DNA of 32,000 bases, taken from positions 34,721 through 66,720 of the forward strand of contig NZ_WINH01000005.1 in the NCBI RefSeq assembly GCF_010993985.1, written 5' to 3'. A model generated the notes under the pieces. It saw nothing but the letters and a program-made list of their open reading frames with translations, made no database searches and was not told the DNA's origin. This stretch comes from Paraferrimonas sp. SM1919 (lineage in GTDB: Bacteria > Pseudomonadota > Gammaproteobacteria > Enterobacterales > Shewanellaceae). Of the stretch, positions 8,609 through 18,523 are shown piece after piece (position 1 is the stretch's first letter; each line of letters begins with the position of its first letter). The translations under genes and the position numbers were made by a program.

Positions 8609-11600
8609 TTGAAGCCATTTTCTAAAGGATCACTTGCTGCATGTACTTTAAGTGATGCCAGCGCCATTCGTCGCCGCTTTTCTGGTTTAAAGAAGATTAA
8701 AGACGAAACCAAAGCACAAAAGATTTATCAGCAACTGCAGAAACTGCAGCAAAGCTCAAGCATTAAGGTGGCTAATAAGGCTGGCCGTAGTTTGAGCATT
8801 GATTATCCCGCGGCGCTGCCCGTAAGCCAAAAGAAGCAAGCTATCCTCGAAGCCATTAGGGATAACCAAGTGACCATTGTGGCGGGTGAAACCGGCTCAG
8901 GTAAAACCACCCAGCTGCCTAAAATTTGTTTAGAGCTTGGCCTTGGGGTTAGGGGCTTTATTGGTCATACTCAGCCAAGACGACTGGCTGCCCGCTCGGT
9001 GGCAGACCGTATTGCTAAGGAGCTTAACACCCCGTTAGGCGATTTAGTTGGTTATAAGGTGCGTTTTAACGATCAGCTTTCTGATAAGTCATCGGTCAAA
9101 TTGATGACCGATGGTATTTTGTTGGCTGAATTAGCCTCAGACAAAATGCTGTGGCAATACGACACCATCATTATTGATGAGGCCCATGAGCGTTCGTTAA
9201 ACATTGATTTTATCTTAGGTTACCTAAAACAACTCTTACCTAAGCGCCCTGATCTCAAGGTGATCATTACTTCTGCCACCATTGATGTAAATCGTTTCTC
9301 AAAACACTTTAATGACGCACCAGTGATTGAAGTGTCTGGCCGTACTTTTCCGGTTGAAACCCGCTATCGCCCGCTTATCCAAGAGGACGGTCCCGACTTA
9401 GACATGATTGATGGCATTTGTGAAGCGGTAAAAGAGCTTTACTCAGAGCCCATGGGTGACATCTTAGTGTTCCTAAGCGGTGAGCGTGAAATTAGGGATG
9501 TGGCTGATGCGCTGTCTAAGCTGAAACTGCGCGATACTGAAGTGTTGCCCCTTTATGCAAGGTTATCTTATTCTGAGCAGTCGCGGATTTTTGCCAGTCA
9601 TACCGGCAGACGCATTGTACTGTCGACCAATGTGGCAGAAACCTCGTTAACTGTGCCAGGCATTCGCTATGTGGTTGATCCAGGTTTAGCCCGTATCAGC
9701 CGTTACAGTTACCGCACCAAAGTACAACGCCTACCAATTGAGCCGATTTCACAGGCCAGTGCTAACCAAAGACAAGGCCGTTGTGGTCGTGTCGCTGAAG
9801 GTATCTGTATTCGTTTATACAGCGAAGATGATTTTGAATCGCGCCCAGAATTTACCGATCCTGAAATTCTGCGTACCAACCTCGCATCTGTGATTTTGCA
9901 GATGTTGTCTATTGGCTTAGGTGCCATTGAAGACTTCCCATTTGTGCAAAGCCCAGATAACCGCCACATTCGAGACGGTATGTTGTTACTGGAAGAGTTA
10001 CAGGCGATTGAACTTCACAACCGTCTTCCCAAAATGACTAAACTAGGACGTAGTTTAAGCCGTTTACCGATAGACCCTCGCTTAGCCCGAATGGTGTTGC
10101 AATCCCAAGCCCATGGGGTAGTAAAAGAAGTGATGATCATTGCCGCGGGTTTATCGATTCAAGATCCCCGCGAGCGTCCTGCAGATAAACAAGCACAAGC
10201 GGATCAGGCCCATGCCAGATTTAAAGATAAATCTTCCGACTTTTTAAGCTTTGTCAATCTGTGGAATTATATTGAAGAGTTGCGGGAAGTGTCATCGAAC
10301 CATGTGCGTAAAACCTGTAAATCTGAATATCTGGCGTTCCTGCGTATTCGCGAGTGGCAAGATTTATATAACCAATTAAAAGGGGCTGCTGAAGAGGTAG
10401 GCATCGAAGTCACCTCAAACAGTGAAGATGCCGACAGTATTCACAAGTCGATTGCAGCGGGTATGCTGAGCCATATTGGTTTTAAGGACAAAGATAACCA
10501 ATATCTAGGGGCTCGCAACCGTAAGTTCTTTGTCTTCCCAGGGTCTTCTTTAGCCAAAAAAGGCCCTAAGTGGTTGATGGCAGCGGAGCTGGTGGAAACC
10601 TCTCGATTATTTGGCCGCATGTGTGGTCAGATTAAGCCTGAATGGTTAGAACCATTAGCCAGCCACTTGGTGAAACGCAATTATGCCGAACCCTACTTTG
10701 ATAAAAAGTCGGCGCAGGTGATGGCCTTTGAAACTCAAACCCTTTACGGTTTGGCGATTGTTAACCGTCGTCGGGTGGGCTATGCCCAAGTTGATCCTAA
10801 AACCTCACGTGAGATATTTATTAGACAAGGATTAGTCGAGGGTCACTGGCGCAATAACGAAAGTTTTTACCAGGCTAACCGTCAGCTATTAACCGAAGTA
10901 GAAAACCTTGAGCATAAGAGCCGTCGCCGCGATATTGTTGCCGATGAAGATGCTTTGTTTGCTTTCTATGATGAGCGATTGCCTGCCAATATTTATAGCG
11001 GTGCAAACTTACAAAGCTGGTGGAAAAAGCATAAGAAAACTGAGCCAAAACTGCTGCACATTAGCCGCGAAGAGCTAATGAAGCACGATGCGGCCAACGT
11101 TACCGAGCACAATTACCCCAATCATTTTGTGCAAGAGGGCTTGGCGCTGCCATTATCCTATCAATTTGAACCTGGGCATGACGATGACGGCGTGTCTTTA
11201 ATGATCCCATTGGGTTTATTAAACCAAATTACCGATTCAGGTACGGATTGGCTGGTACCAGGCTTACTTGAAGACAAGTTGATTGCACTGATTAAATCTC
11301 TGCCTAAAACTTTGCGTCGTAACTTTGTACCGGCGCCAAACTATGCCCAATATGCGCTGGATAATATGGAGTTTGGTGAAGGTAAATTACTGGAATCCCT
11401 GTGTAAGCAGTTATTGCGCAAAAGTGGCGTAAGAATTACCCCAGATGATTTTGATATCAGCCAACTGCCTGCTCACCTTAATATGAACTTTAAGGTTATG
11501 GGGGATAAAAATAAGTTGCTGGCCCAATCTAGGCAGATTGAACCCTTAAAAGAGCAACTTAAAGATAAAGTCGCTGCTGCTATGACCAATCTGGCAGAGG

Positions 11601-12475
11601 ATGATATTGAGCAGCAAAACTTAACTGAGTGGACTTTTGGTACGCTAAAAAGCGAATACGAACGTAAGCAGGGTGGTTTTAATTTGAAAGCTTTCCCAGC
11701 CCTTGCGCCTCAAAAGGATAGTGTTGAAATTAAGTTGTTTGATGATGCTAAGCTAGCGGCACAAAGCCATCAGGCAGGTTTACGTAAGTTATTGTTATTA
11801 AATATTCCATCACCAATTAAGCACCTGCAGCAAAACTTGCCAAATAAGGCGAAATTGGCCTTGTATTTTAACCCATTTGGTAAAGTACAACTGCTGATTG
11901 ACGATATTATTGATGCGGCGATAGATCAATTACTGGCCGAACACGGCAAAGATGTGCGAGATCCGCAGGCGTTTGAATCTATGAAAGATATTGTACGCAG
12001 TGACTTAAACGATTACGCTGAAAAAATTGCCCTTAACGTTGAGCAGGTGCTGACCATCAGTAATCAGGTGAAAAAGAAACTCAAAGGGAAAATCTCTTTC
12101 GAGTTGGCGTTTGCGATGTCAGACATCGGCGGTCACCATGATGCCTTGGTTTATCCTGGCTTTGTCAGTAAAACCGGTGCCGAGCGCTTACCTGATTTAA
12201 TCCGTTATATGAATGCCATGATTAAGCGATTAGAAAAACTGGCGGTTGATCCTAACCGCGACCGTCTGCATATGCTAAAGATACAGGCGGTTGAAAAAGA
12301 CTACCAAGCATTAAAAAATAAGCTAGGTAATAAAGCGGAGCAGGATTTAAATGAAATTGTATGGATGCTGGAAGAATTAAAAGTATCGAGCTTTGCGCAA
12401 ACCCTAGGGACTAAGTACCCCATTTCAGATAAGCGTATCAAGCAAGCGATGAATGACATTAAGGCGAAATATTAA
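8609..12475 (+). CDS. hrpA: ATP-dependent RNA helicase HrpA (DEAH-box)
   Basis: 1288-aa ORF with a TTG start. Helicase motifs [34 protein letters not shown] and QRQGRCGR are present, and it appears collinear with E. coli HrpA as I recall that sequence. Confidence 0.95.
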   Translation: MKPFSKGSLAACTLSDASAIRRRFSGLKKIKDETKAQKIYQQLQKLQQSSSIKVANKAGRSLSIDYPAALPVSQKKQAILEAIRDNQVTIVAGETGSGKTTQLPKICLELGLGVRGFIGHTQPRRLAARSVADRIAKELNTPLGDLVGYKVRFNDQLSDKSSVKLMTDGILLAELASDKMLWQYDTIIIDEAHERSLNIDFILGYLKQLLPKRPDLKVIITSATIDVNRFSKHFNDAPVIEVSGRTFPVETRYRPLIQEDGPDLDMIDGICEAVKELYSEPMGDILVFLSGEREIRDVADALSKLKLRDTEVLPLYARLSYSEQSRIFASHTGRRIVLSTNVAETSLTVPGIRYVVDPGLARISRYSYRTKVQRLPIEPISQASANQRQGRCGRVAEGICIRLYSEDDFESRPEFTDPEILRTNLASVILQMLSIGLGAIEDFPFVQSPDNRHIRDGMLLLEELQAIELHNRLPKMTKLGRSLSRLPIDPRLARMVLQSQAHGVVKEVMIIAAGLSIQDPRERPADKQAQADQAHARFKDKSSDFLSFVNLWNYIEELREVSSNHVRKTCKSEYLAFLRIREWQDLYNQLKGAAEEVGIEVTSNSEDADSIHKSIAAGMLSHIGFKDKDNQYLGARNRKFFVFPGSSLAKKGPKWLMAAELVETSRLFGRMCGQIKPEWLEPLASHLVKRNYAEPYFDKKSAQVMAFETQTLYGLAIVNRRRVGYAQVDPKTSREIFIRQGLVEGHWRNNESFYQANRQLLTEVENLEHKSRRRDIVADEDALFAFYDERLPANIYSGANLQSWWKKHKKTEPKLLHISREELMKHDAANVTEHNYPNHFVQEGLALPLSYQFEPGHDDDGVSLMIPLGLLNQITDSGTDWLVPGLLEDKLIALIKSLPKTLRRNFVPAPNYAQYALDNMEFGEGKLLESLCKQLLRKSGVRITPDDFDISQLPAHLNMNFKVMGDKNKLLAQSRQIEPLKEQLKDKVAAAMTNLAEDDIEQQNLTEWTFGTLKSEYERKQGGFNLKAFPALAPQKDSVEIKLFDDAKLAAQSHQAGLRKLLLLNIPSPIKHLQQNLPNKAKLALYFNPFGKVQLLIDDIIDAAIDQLLAEHGKDVRDPQAFESMKDIVRSDLNDYAEKIALNVEQVLTISNQVKKKLKGKISFELAFAMSDIGGHHDALVYPGFVSKTGAERLPDLIRYMNAMIKRLEKLAVDPNRDRLHMLKIQAVEKDYQALKNKLGNKAEQDLNEIVWMLEELKVSSFAQTLGTKYPISDKRIKQAMNDIKAKY

Positions 12476-13116
12476 TGAGCGATATTAAAGACTTACGCAG
12501 AGAGTACAAACAAGGTGGTTTGCGCTCGAAAGACTTACCAGAAAACCCTCTTAAACTGTTCGAACTCTGGTTAGAGCAAGCACAAAATGCGGGTTTGATG
12601 GACCCAACCGCAATGGTGGTGGCCACTGTTGACGAACGCGGCATGCCATTTCAACGTACGGTACTTCTGAAAAAGTTTGATGAACAAGGCTTTGTGTTCT
12701 TTACCAATACCGGTTCACGCAAGGCGAGCCATATTAAACAGAATAATAAGGTAAGTTTATTGTTTCCATGGACAGATTTAGACCGCCAAGTGGCGATTTG
12801 TGGTATCGCTAAACCATTACCCACAGCCGATGTCATGCGTTACTTTGCTTCGCGCCCGAAAGATAGCCAAATTGGTGCTTGGGTATCTGAGCAGTCGTCA
12901 CGCATTAGTGCCCGTGGAGTACTTGAAGCCAAGTTTTTAGAAATGAAAAACAAATTCTCAAAGGGTGAAGTACCATTACCCACATTTTGGGGCGGTTATG
13001 TGATTGAACCTGAAAGCATAGAATTCTGGCAAGGGGGCGATCGCCGTTTACATGACCGATTTATTTTCGACAAAGATGATAATGGTCATTGGCAAAACGA
13101 ACGTTTAGCGCCATAA
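12475..13116 (+). CDS. pdxH: Pyridoxamine 5'-phosphate oxidase
   Basis: 213 aa with typical PdxH signatures ([22 protein letters not shown], [15 protein letters not shown]-terminal ERLAP). The ATG overlaps the hrpA stop (TAATG). Confidence 0.93.
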   Translation: MSDIKDLRREYKQGGLRSKDLPENPLKLFELWLEQAQNAGLMDPTAMVVATVDERGMPFQRTVLLKKFDEQGFVFFTNTGSRKASHIKQNNKVSLLFPWTDLDRQVAICGIAKPLPTADVMRYFASRPKDSQIGAWVSEQSSRISARGVLEAKFLEMKNKFSKGEVPLPTFWGGYVIEPESIEFWQGGDRRLHDRFIFDKDDNGHWQNERLAP

Positions 13117-13205
13117 CTAAGCAAAATTAACCCGTTCGTTCATAAATATGGATATTTTACTCACGGGCTTTTTAGGATCACATAATAATACTAGGTTAAG
13201 GATTT

Positions 13206-14270
13206 TTGATGTTAAACATTTATGCAGGCGAGGGAGCCCTTAAACAAATACAACAGCAGGGCATACAGCAACAAATGTTTCGTCACTTTTTGGGTGCCAG
13301 TGGCGGCCCTAAGTGGTTTACCTTATTTGGCTTAGATAAATATCTATTCGGTGAGTTTTTTAAAGACAGAACCGAAACCTTAAACCTAATTGGCTCAAGC
13401 GCCGGTGCGTTCCGTTCCGCCTGCTTTGCTCAAAATGATCCTGTGCTAGCCATTTCTACTTTGGCTGAACACTACCATAAAACCGTTTATGAAGGCCGAC
13501 CAAGCCCTGCTGAAATTACCCAAAGCGCAGTCGATATGCTGGAGCCTATGTTTGGTGAAACCGGCGTTAGGCAAATTTTAGATAATAAAATCTTTAAAGC
13601 GCACTTTATCGTGGCCAAGTGCAATGGCTTTGTGGCGAGTGAAAACCGCCTAGTTCAGGGGTTAGGTATTGCTAAAAGTTTATTATTAAACAAACATGCA
13701 CGCTCAAACTTAAACAATCAATATCAGCGCTTTATTTTCAGCGCCCCGGGTAGTGATCTAACCATCAGCGATCACGCCAATATTCATACTCAAAAGGTAA
13801 CGCTAACCCACGACAACTTGAGACAAGCACTAGTGGCTTCGGGCTCGATACCTTTGGTAATGAGCGGCATTGAAAATATTTTAGGCGCGCCAACGGGCAT
13901 GTACCGTGATGGTGGCATTATTGATTACCACTTTGATTTTGAAATTGAACAACCGGGTTTAACCCTATACCCACACTTTAGTGAAACCATTAAACCAGGC
14001 TGGTTTGATAAAAACTCCAACCGCAGCTTCTTACCAGAAAACTATCACAATACCGTAGTGGTTTGCCCTTCGGAAGAATTTGTGGCTTCTTTGCCGTATC
14101 AGAAAATTCCTGATCGTAAAGACTTTGAAACCATGACCCCAGAGCAGCGTATTCCTTATTGGTCACTGGTACTGAAAGAAACCGAACGGTTAGCGGCAAG
14201 CTTTGATGAATTAGTACAGAAACAACAGCTCGATAGAGTCAAACCAATACAGAGTATTGCCGTGGTTTAA
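13206..14270 (+). CDS. Patatin-like phospholipase family protein
   Basis: Shows a Gly-rich oxyanion region GASGGPKW, the nucleophile elbow GSSAG (GxSxG) and the catalytic-dyad motif DGG in YRDGGIIDY. The start is TTG 13206 or the adjacent ATG 13209. Confidence 0.75.
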   Translation: MMLNIYAGEGALKQIQQQGIQQQMFRHFLGASGGPKWFTLFGLDKYLFGEFFKDRTETLNLIGSSAGAFRSACFAQNDPVLAISTLAEHYHKTVYEGRPSPAEITQSAVDMLEPMFGETGVRQILDNKIFKAHFIVAKCNGFVASENRLVQGLGIAKSLLLNKHARSNLNNQYQRFIFSAPGSDLTISDHANIHTQKVTLTHDNLRQALVASGSIPLVMSGIENILGAPTGMYRDGGIIDYHFDFEIEQPGLTLYPHFSETIKPGWFDKNSNRSFLPENYHNTVVVCPSEEFVASLPYQKIPDRKDFETMTPEQRIPYWSLVLKETERLAASFDELVQKQQLDRVKPIQSIAVV

Positions 14271-14387
14271 TTAGCTGTGCTTTAGTATCATTCAAGTAAG
14301 TAAAATGCTGAGGTTGATAGTGGCACAATGACTTGCCTTATATCCGCGCTAGATTGGTTTGGAACTGGCTTAATAGTGTTAAATGGG

Positions 14388-14417
14388 CTGCTGTTTTATG
14401 GGTACAGCAGACCTTTT
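14388..14417 (+). terminator. Possible terminator hairpin downstream of the patatin-like gene
   Basis: CTGCTGT-9 nt-ACAGCAG followed by ACCTTTT. The stem is short and the U-tract weak. Confidence 0.4.
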
Positions 14418-14449
14418 ACGAAATAGCATGAGCTTGTGGTTTATAGTTT

Positions 14450-14479
14450 GCTGCTTCACGACTTTCAGCGTGAAGCAGC
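14450..14479. terminator. Strong hairpin between convergent genes, 3 nt past the stop of the minus-strand MscS-like gene
   Basis: Perfect 11-bp stem GCTGCTTCACG / CGTGAAGCAGC with an 8-nt loop. There is no clear U-tract on either strand, so its terminator function is inferred from position only. Confidence 0.45.
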
Positions 14480-14482
14480 ACT

Positions 14483-14971
14483 TTAGTCAAGTTTTTTAGT
14501 TGGGTTTTTAATCACACCTTTTTGTAGGATTAAAATATTGGGATAGGTTATCACTTCTTCGCCTCTTTTTATGAGGACATGGAATAAGGTAATTTCTTCA
14601 ATAACACCCGAAATATCATCATCTTTATCAAGCACTTTAATTTTATCCCCCACACGGTAAGGAAAACCAAAGAAAATAATTAAACTGGCGGTTATGTTGC
14701 TAAGAATGGACCACTGTGCAAATAGGGCCACGCCAATCACCGCGAAAACAGATGATAAGAATATCGAAATTTGTGAATATTCCACTCCTGAAATGTTTGC
14801 CATCAAAATTAGAAAAAAAGCCAGAATGGCAAATGTTATCGTCTTTGAGATATATTTAATCCGATACGGGCTTACGCCTTTACCTTGTCCATACTTATTA
14901 ATTGCGATACGAGAAAATCGCACGCAAAAATACATTATTACTAAAGTTAAGATAACTAAGGACATCTTCAT
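14483..14971 (-). CDS. Small mechanosensitive-channel (MscS-like) family membrane protein
   Basis: 162 aa with three predicted TM helices followed by an MscS-type beta-domain signature (FPYRVGDKIKV...ISGVIEEITLFHVLIKRGEEVITYPN). It is much shorter than canonical MscS. Confidence 0.65.
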   Translation of the reverse strand: MKMSLVILTLVIMYFCVRFSRIAINKYGQGKGVSPYRIKYISKTITFAILAFFLILMANISGVEYSQISIFLSSVFAVIGVALFAQWSILSNITASLIIFFGFPYRVGDKIKVLDKDDDISGVIEEITLFHVLIKRGEEVITYPNILILQKGVIKNPTKKLD

Positions 14972-15456
14972 TGTTTATTGAGCTCTTTTTTTAGTTCATC
15001 AAATTTGTCATGTAACCTCATTAACTCAAGCTCTAACTTTAAATTTACTTCAAAGGTTGCTTTTTGTTCTAATCTGTCTTTGGCAACTTGACGGTTTTGC
15101 GACATCATTATGATAGGAGCCTGAAATGCCGCCAGACTGGAAAGGCCTAAATTTAGTAAAATAAATGGGTAGGGATCAAATGCCGCGTCGCCAATTAACC
15201 ATAGGGTATTGACCACCATCCAACATACAATGAAGGTAAAAAATATCCCTATGAATGCCCATGAACCACCAAATGCAGCTATTTTGTCTGCCACTAATTG
15301 ACCAAATGTGAGTGTTTCATGGAAGCTTTCATTGATATTTTTAGTTAGCGTTTTGTTTTCAGCAATACTGTCAATTACGTTCTTTTCGCCACTACTGAGA
15401 CTGCCATAGGGTTGACCTAGCAAGGCTTTGGCTAAATTTTCAAAATACTTTTTCAT
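14968..15456 (-). CDS. DUF1003 family membrane protein
   Basis: 162 aa with two TM helices and the characteristic DPYPFILLNLGLSSLAAFQAPIIMMSQNRQ..KDR motif, followed by a C-terminal coiled coil. The stop overlaps the downstream MscS-like start by 4 nt (ATGA). Confidence 0.7.
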   Translation of the reverse strand: MKKYFENLAKALLGQPYGSLSSGEKNVIDSIAENKTLTKNINESFHETLTFGQLVADKIAAFGGSWAFIGIFFTFIVCWMVVNTLWLIGDAAFDPYPFILLNLGLSSLAAFQAPIIMMSQNRQVAKDRLEQKATFEVNLKLELELMRLHDKFDELKKELNKQ

Positions 15457-15729
15457 TTTTAAAACCTTAAGAATTATCTAGGATTAACTTTTAACATAAA
15501 AAGCACCGCATTATGATCTTTAGTTTACTTTTGATCAATAATTTAGCAGCACTTTGCAAAAGGACATCACCTCAAGTGATACCTTGTAAGTTTAGTTTCT
15601 TATTAGGTTAATTATTGTAAACCCACTTATATGCTAATTAGTCGCAGTGCCAACATAAGTGAGCGATTCAAACCTAATTAATACAGCACCGCAAAATCAG
15701 TAAGCATGGCAGTTGCTGATCGGGTTGTT

Positions 15730-16683
15730 TTAGCGTTTCTTATGCTGGTACATTTTCTCATCGGTGATCTTAAGCAGTTCATCTAATGTTTGTGGGTTAT
15801 CTAAATCAAATTCGGTCATGCCAAAAGAAAACTCTATGTCATAACCTTTGCCAGCTTGTTGGTTGTGGGCTGCAACCGTATTGGCAAATCGTTTAATGAA
15901 GTCATTGGCTGAGTTTTCATTGGTGTTCATTAGCAGTACTACAAATTCATCCCCACCTATTCGAGCAACAATGTCAGATTCACGTAAGTTAGTCTTAATA
16001 TCATTGGCAAAAGTTTTTAGAACATAATCACCTTCATCATGACCATGGGTATCATTAATGGGTTTGAATTTGTCTAGGTCTAAATACACCAGCGTAGCAG
16101 CTAGTTGCTCTCTTAAACAAAAGTTTAGCGCTTGTGGTGCAATGGCGTTCAGTCCACGACGGTTGTGGATCTGAGTTAATTCATCCATTATCGCTAGCTC
16201 TATCGCTGCTAACTCATTTTCAGCTGTTTGTCCTAATGCTTTTAGATCCTGAATATCTTCATCAGTTAGGGTACGAGGTTGATAATCCACCAGACATAAT
16301 GAACCCAAGGCGCTGCCATCAATACATCTGATAGGGCAGCCAGCATAGAAGCGGATATAAGGTTCCCCTTCGACAAATGGGTTGTCTACAAAGCGCTCAT
16401 CTTTAAATGTATCTGCAACCATTAGAATCTCAGGCTGTAAAATGGTGTGGCCACAAAATGAAATATCACGGGGGACTTCTGCACGTTCTAGTCCATCGGC
16501 AGACTTCATCCATTGACGGTCACTATCAATGATACTAAAAACGGCAACAGGGACGTTAAACATCCTTTTGGCCATTCGAGTAATACGATCAAATCGTTCT
16601 TCACTAGGCGTATCTAGGATATTCAAGGCCGCGACGGCTGCTAGGCGTGCTTCTTCATTTTTGGGTATAGCTGCTGCGATCAT
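15730..16683 (-). CDS. GAF domain-containing diguanylate cyclase (GGDEF)
   Basis: 317 aa with an N-terminal GAF-like region. The C-terminal GGDEF domain has an intact active site (RIGGDEF) and an RxxD I-site (RESD) five residues upstream. Confidence 0.85.
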   Translation of the reverse strand: MIAAAIPKNEEARLAAVAALNILDTPSEERFDRITRMAKRMFNVPVAVFSIIDSDRQWMKSADGLERAEVPRDISFCGHTILQPEILMVADTFKDERFVDNPFVEGEPYIRFYAGCPIRCIDGSALGSLCLVDYQPRTLTDEDIQDLKALGQTAENELAAIELAIMDELTQIHNRRGLNAIAPQALNFCLREQLAATLVYLDLDKFKPINDTHGHDEGDYVLKTFANDIKTNLRESDIVARIGGDEFVVLLMNTNENSANDFIKRFANTVAAHNQQAGKGYDIEFSFGMTEFDLDNPQTLDELLKITDEKMYQHKKR

Positions 16684-16727
16684 ATTATTAATCCTAGTTA
16701 TTGGTTATAAGTTAATAATAGCCATAA

Positions 16728-17603
16728 TTAACTTGGGTCGAGATGAATTATTACTTCAGCCTTAGGAAGTAAAGTTAGAACCCTTAATCGGGCTTGCTCA
16801 CCAATTTCATGGGCATCAATGAGTGGCGTTGTAGCCTCTATCACTAAATGAACTTGGATAAATTGAATATCCGCACTTTGTCTGGTTTTAAGGTCGTGTA
16901 TTTCAATAATTTTGGCGTCTTGGCGAATTAATTTGGTCACTTGCTTAAGCAATGTTGCATCAAGTTGAGTATCCATGAGTTCTGCAATGGCTTGCTTGAT
17001 TAATTGCTGCGATTGTATCGCTAGCCAAATGCCAATAGCTATCGCAAAAAAACCATCTAGCCAATAACCTAAATATTGGCTACTGACTAAGGTCATAATC
17101 ACGCCTAAATTAAGCAGTAAATCAGAACGATAATGTAGACTGTCAGCCTTGATGATGATACTCGCTGTTTTGTTAATGGCGATTCTCTGGACAAGCAATA
17201 AAGCAAGGGTCAAGATGATCGCGACAATACTCACCGTTATAGCCATAGTACTGCTTTGAATTATTTGTGGATCAACAATTTGTCTACCACCATTGACTAA
17301 CAAAATAATGGCGGAACCCGCGAAAAATAGCGCTTGTAATAAAATCGCTAGGGAACCGGCTTTGCCATGACCGAAAGGATGGCCATCATCAGCAGGAGTC
17401 AATATGTAGCGAATAGCAGCAAAGTTAACAATAGCGATTAAGGCATCAACACTTGAGTCCATTAATGAAGCGAGCATCGCAGAGGAATCGGATATTAGCC
17501 AAGCAATCAATTTTATTACCACCAAAGTTAAGGCGGTAAGCACACTAAATATTGAGGCAAATTTTAGCCAAAATTGCTGTGATTGTTGTTTGTTGTAGGA
17601 CAT
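16728..17603 (-). CDS. fieF: Cation diffusion facilitator family metal efflux transporter (FieF/YiiP-like)
   Basis: 291 aa, collinear with E. coli FieF (ADDGHPFGHGKAGSLA, LHYRSDLLLN, HDLKTRQSADIQFIQVHL, EVIIHLDP). Confidence 0.85.
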   Translation of the reverse strand: MSYNKQQSQQFWLKFASIFSVLTALTLVVIKLIAWLISDSSAMLASLMDSSVDALIAIVNFAAIRYILTPADDGHPFGHGKAGSLAILLQALFFAGSAIILLVNGGRQIVDPQIIQSSTMAITVSIVAIILTLALLLVQRIAINKTASIIIKADSLHYRSDLLLNLGVIMTLVSSQYLGYWLDGFFAIAIGIWLAIQSQQLIKQAIAELMDTQLDATLLKQVTKLIRQDAKIIEIHDLKTRQSADIQFIQVHLVIEATTPLIDAHEIGEQARLRVLTLLPKAEVIIHLDPS

Positions 17604-17659
17604 ACATTAGCTTTGTAATGGTTAACTTAATTAACTTACCATCTTTCAATAATTGTTCA

Positions 17660-18523
17660 CTAATTTTTAATCATTTCTATATTAACACCGTGATAATTCC
17701 CCAACACTGCATTATGACTTTGATCACTTCGAGCCTGTCTAGTTATGGGTTTTAATTGGTTTAATGGATAAATCTGGCAGTGCTGATCACTTATGATCAC
17801 CATGGGTAAGGCCGCAGTTTTGGTTAAACGACTTTTATCTGCAAACCAAATATTACTCACCGGCTGGATACTGACAGGGCGGCGATATCTTAATTTTGAT
17901 TCTTTAACGGATACAACCTTGTTGAGCAATTGCTTTATATAAAGTTGCTCTGAAGTTTGTGCCTCTGCGTTTAGTTTTGCAACTAATTGCTGTTTATTGA
18001 CTTTTTGTAAATTGGCTTTATTTACCCAATGGAATCTAACTTTCTGTACATCTTTTTCAATTAAGTGTATTTGTCGATATAGGTGCAAAGTCATTACCCC
18101 GGGAAGGGCATCATGGAGGGCGTCAAAACGAGTGAATCTGTCATGATAATTATCGGTAACAAACACTTTTATTTGATTTTTAACAGCATTGATTCCCTCG
18201 ACTAATGCGTCAAGTTGATATTTTCTTGCTTGTTGATGTGAAAATCTAATGCAACCAGGATATCTTCTGGCGTACTTACCTGATAGCCCATCAATCAATG
18301 TTAAATCTTGATAAGCCTGACTGATTTTTTTATCTGCACCTTGGTCGAGATAACTTTGTTTTATGGCGGTTTGTGACTCTATATTTGTGATTAGGTCATT
18401 TTCCTTATGTTTAAAAAACAGCTCCGTAAACTGACTCTGATGGGGTTGAGCCTGTTCAATGATATCGCCAAATTGCTTGAGATCAGAAGTTAATTGATTG
18501 ATTAATTTGACGAGTTTAGTCAT
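17660..18523 (-). CDS. tus: DNA replication terminus site-binding protein Tus
   Basis: 287 aa from ATG 18523. By-eye alignment to E. coli Tus gives: RFDALHDALPGVMTLHLYRQI...VRFHWVNK vs [21 protein letters not shown]...LRFGWANK. It also gives KLRYRRPVSIQPVSNIWF vs KLKIKRPVKVQPIARVWY. The size is similar (E. coli Tus is 309 aa). I preferred the internal start because it overlaps the upstream gene stop (ATGACTAA) and matches the Tus N-terminus better than the 16-residue extension. Confidence 0.8.
   Translation of the reverse strand: MTKLVKLINQLTSDLKQFGDIIEQAQPHQSQFTELFFKHKENDLITNIESQTAIKQSYLDQGADKKISQAYQDLTLIDGLSGKYARRYPGCIRFSHQQARKYQLDALVEGINAVKNQIKVFVTDNYHDRFTRFDALHDALPGVMTLHLYRQIHLIEKDVQKVRFHWVNKANLQKVNKQQLVAKLNAEAQTSEQLYIKQLLNKVVSVKESKLRYRRPVSIQPVSNIWFADKSRLTKTAALPMVIISDQHCQIYPLNQLKPITRQARSDQSHNAVLGNYHGVNIEMIKN

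Noticed and set aside
13117-13205. Possible terminator after pdxH (CCCGT...ACGGGCTTTTT)
   Set aside because: The stem is only 5 bp and the loop about 30 nt, which is not convincing.
17622-17638. Tandem TTAACTTA-A-TTAACTTA repeat between tus and fieF
   Set aside because: It is short and AT-rich, has no similarity to Ter or to the lox/dif-like site, and lies in the fieF 5' region. It is most simply promoter or UTR sequence or chance.
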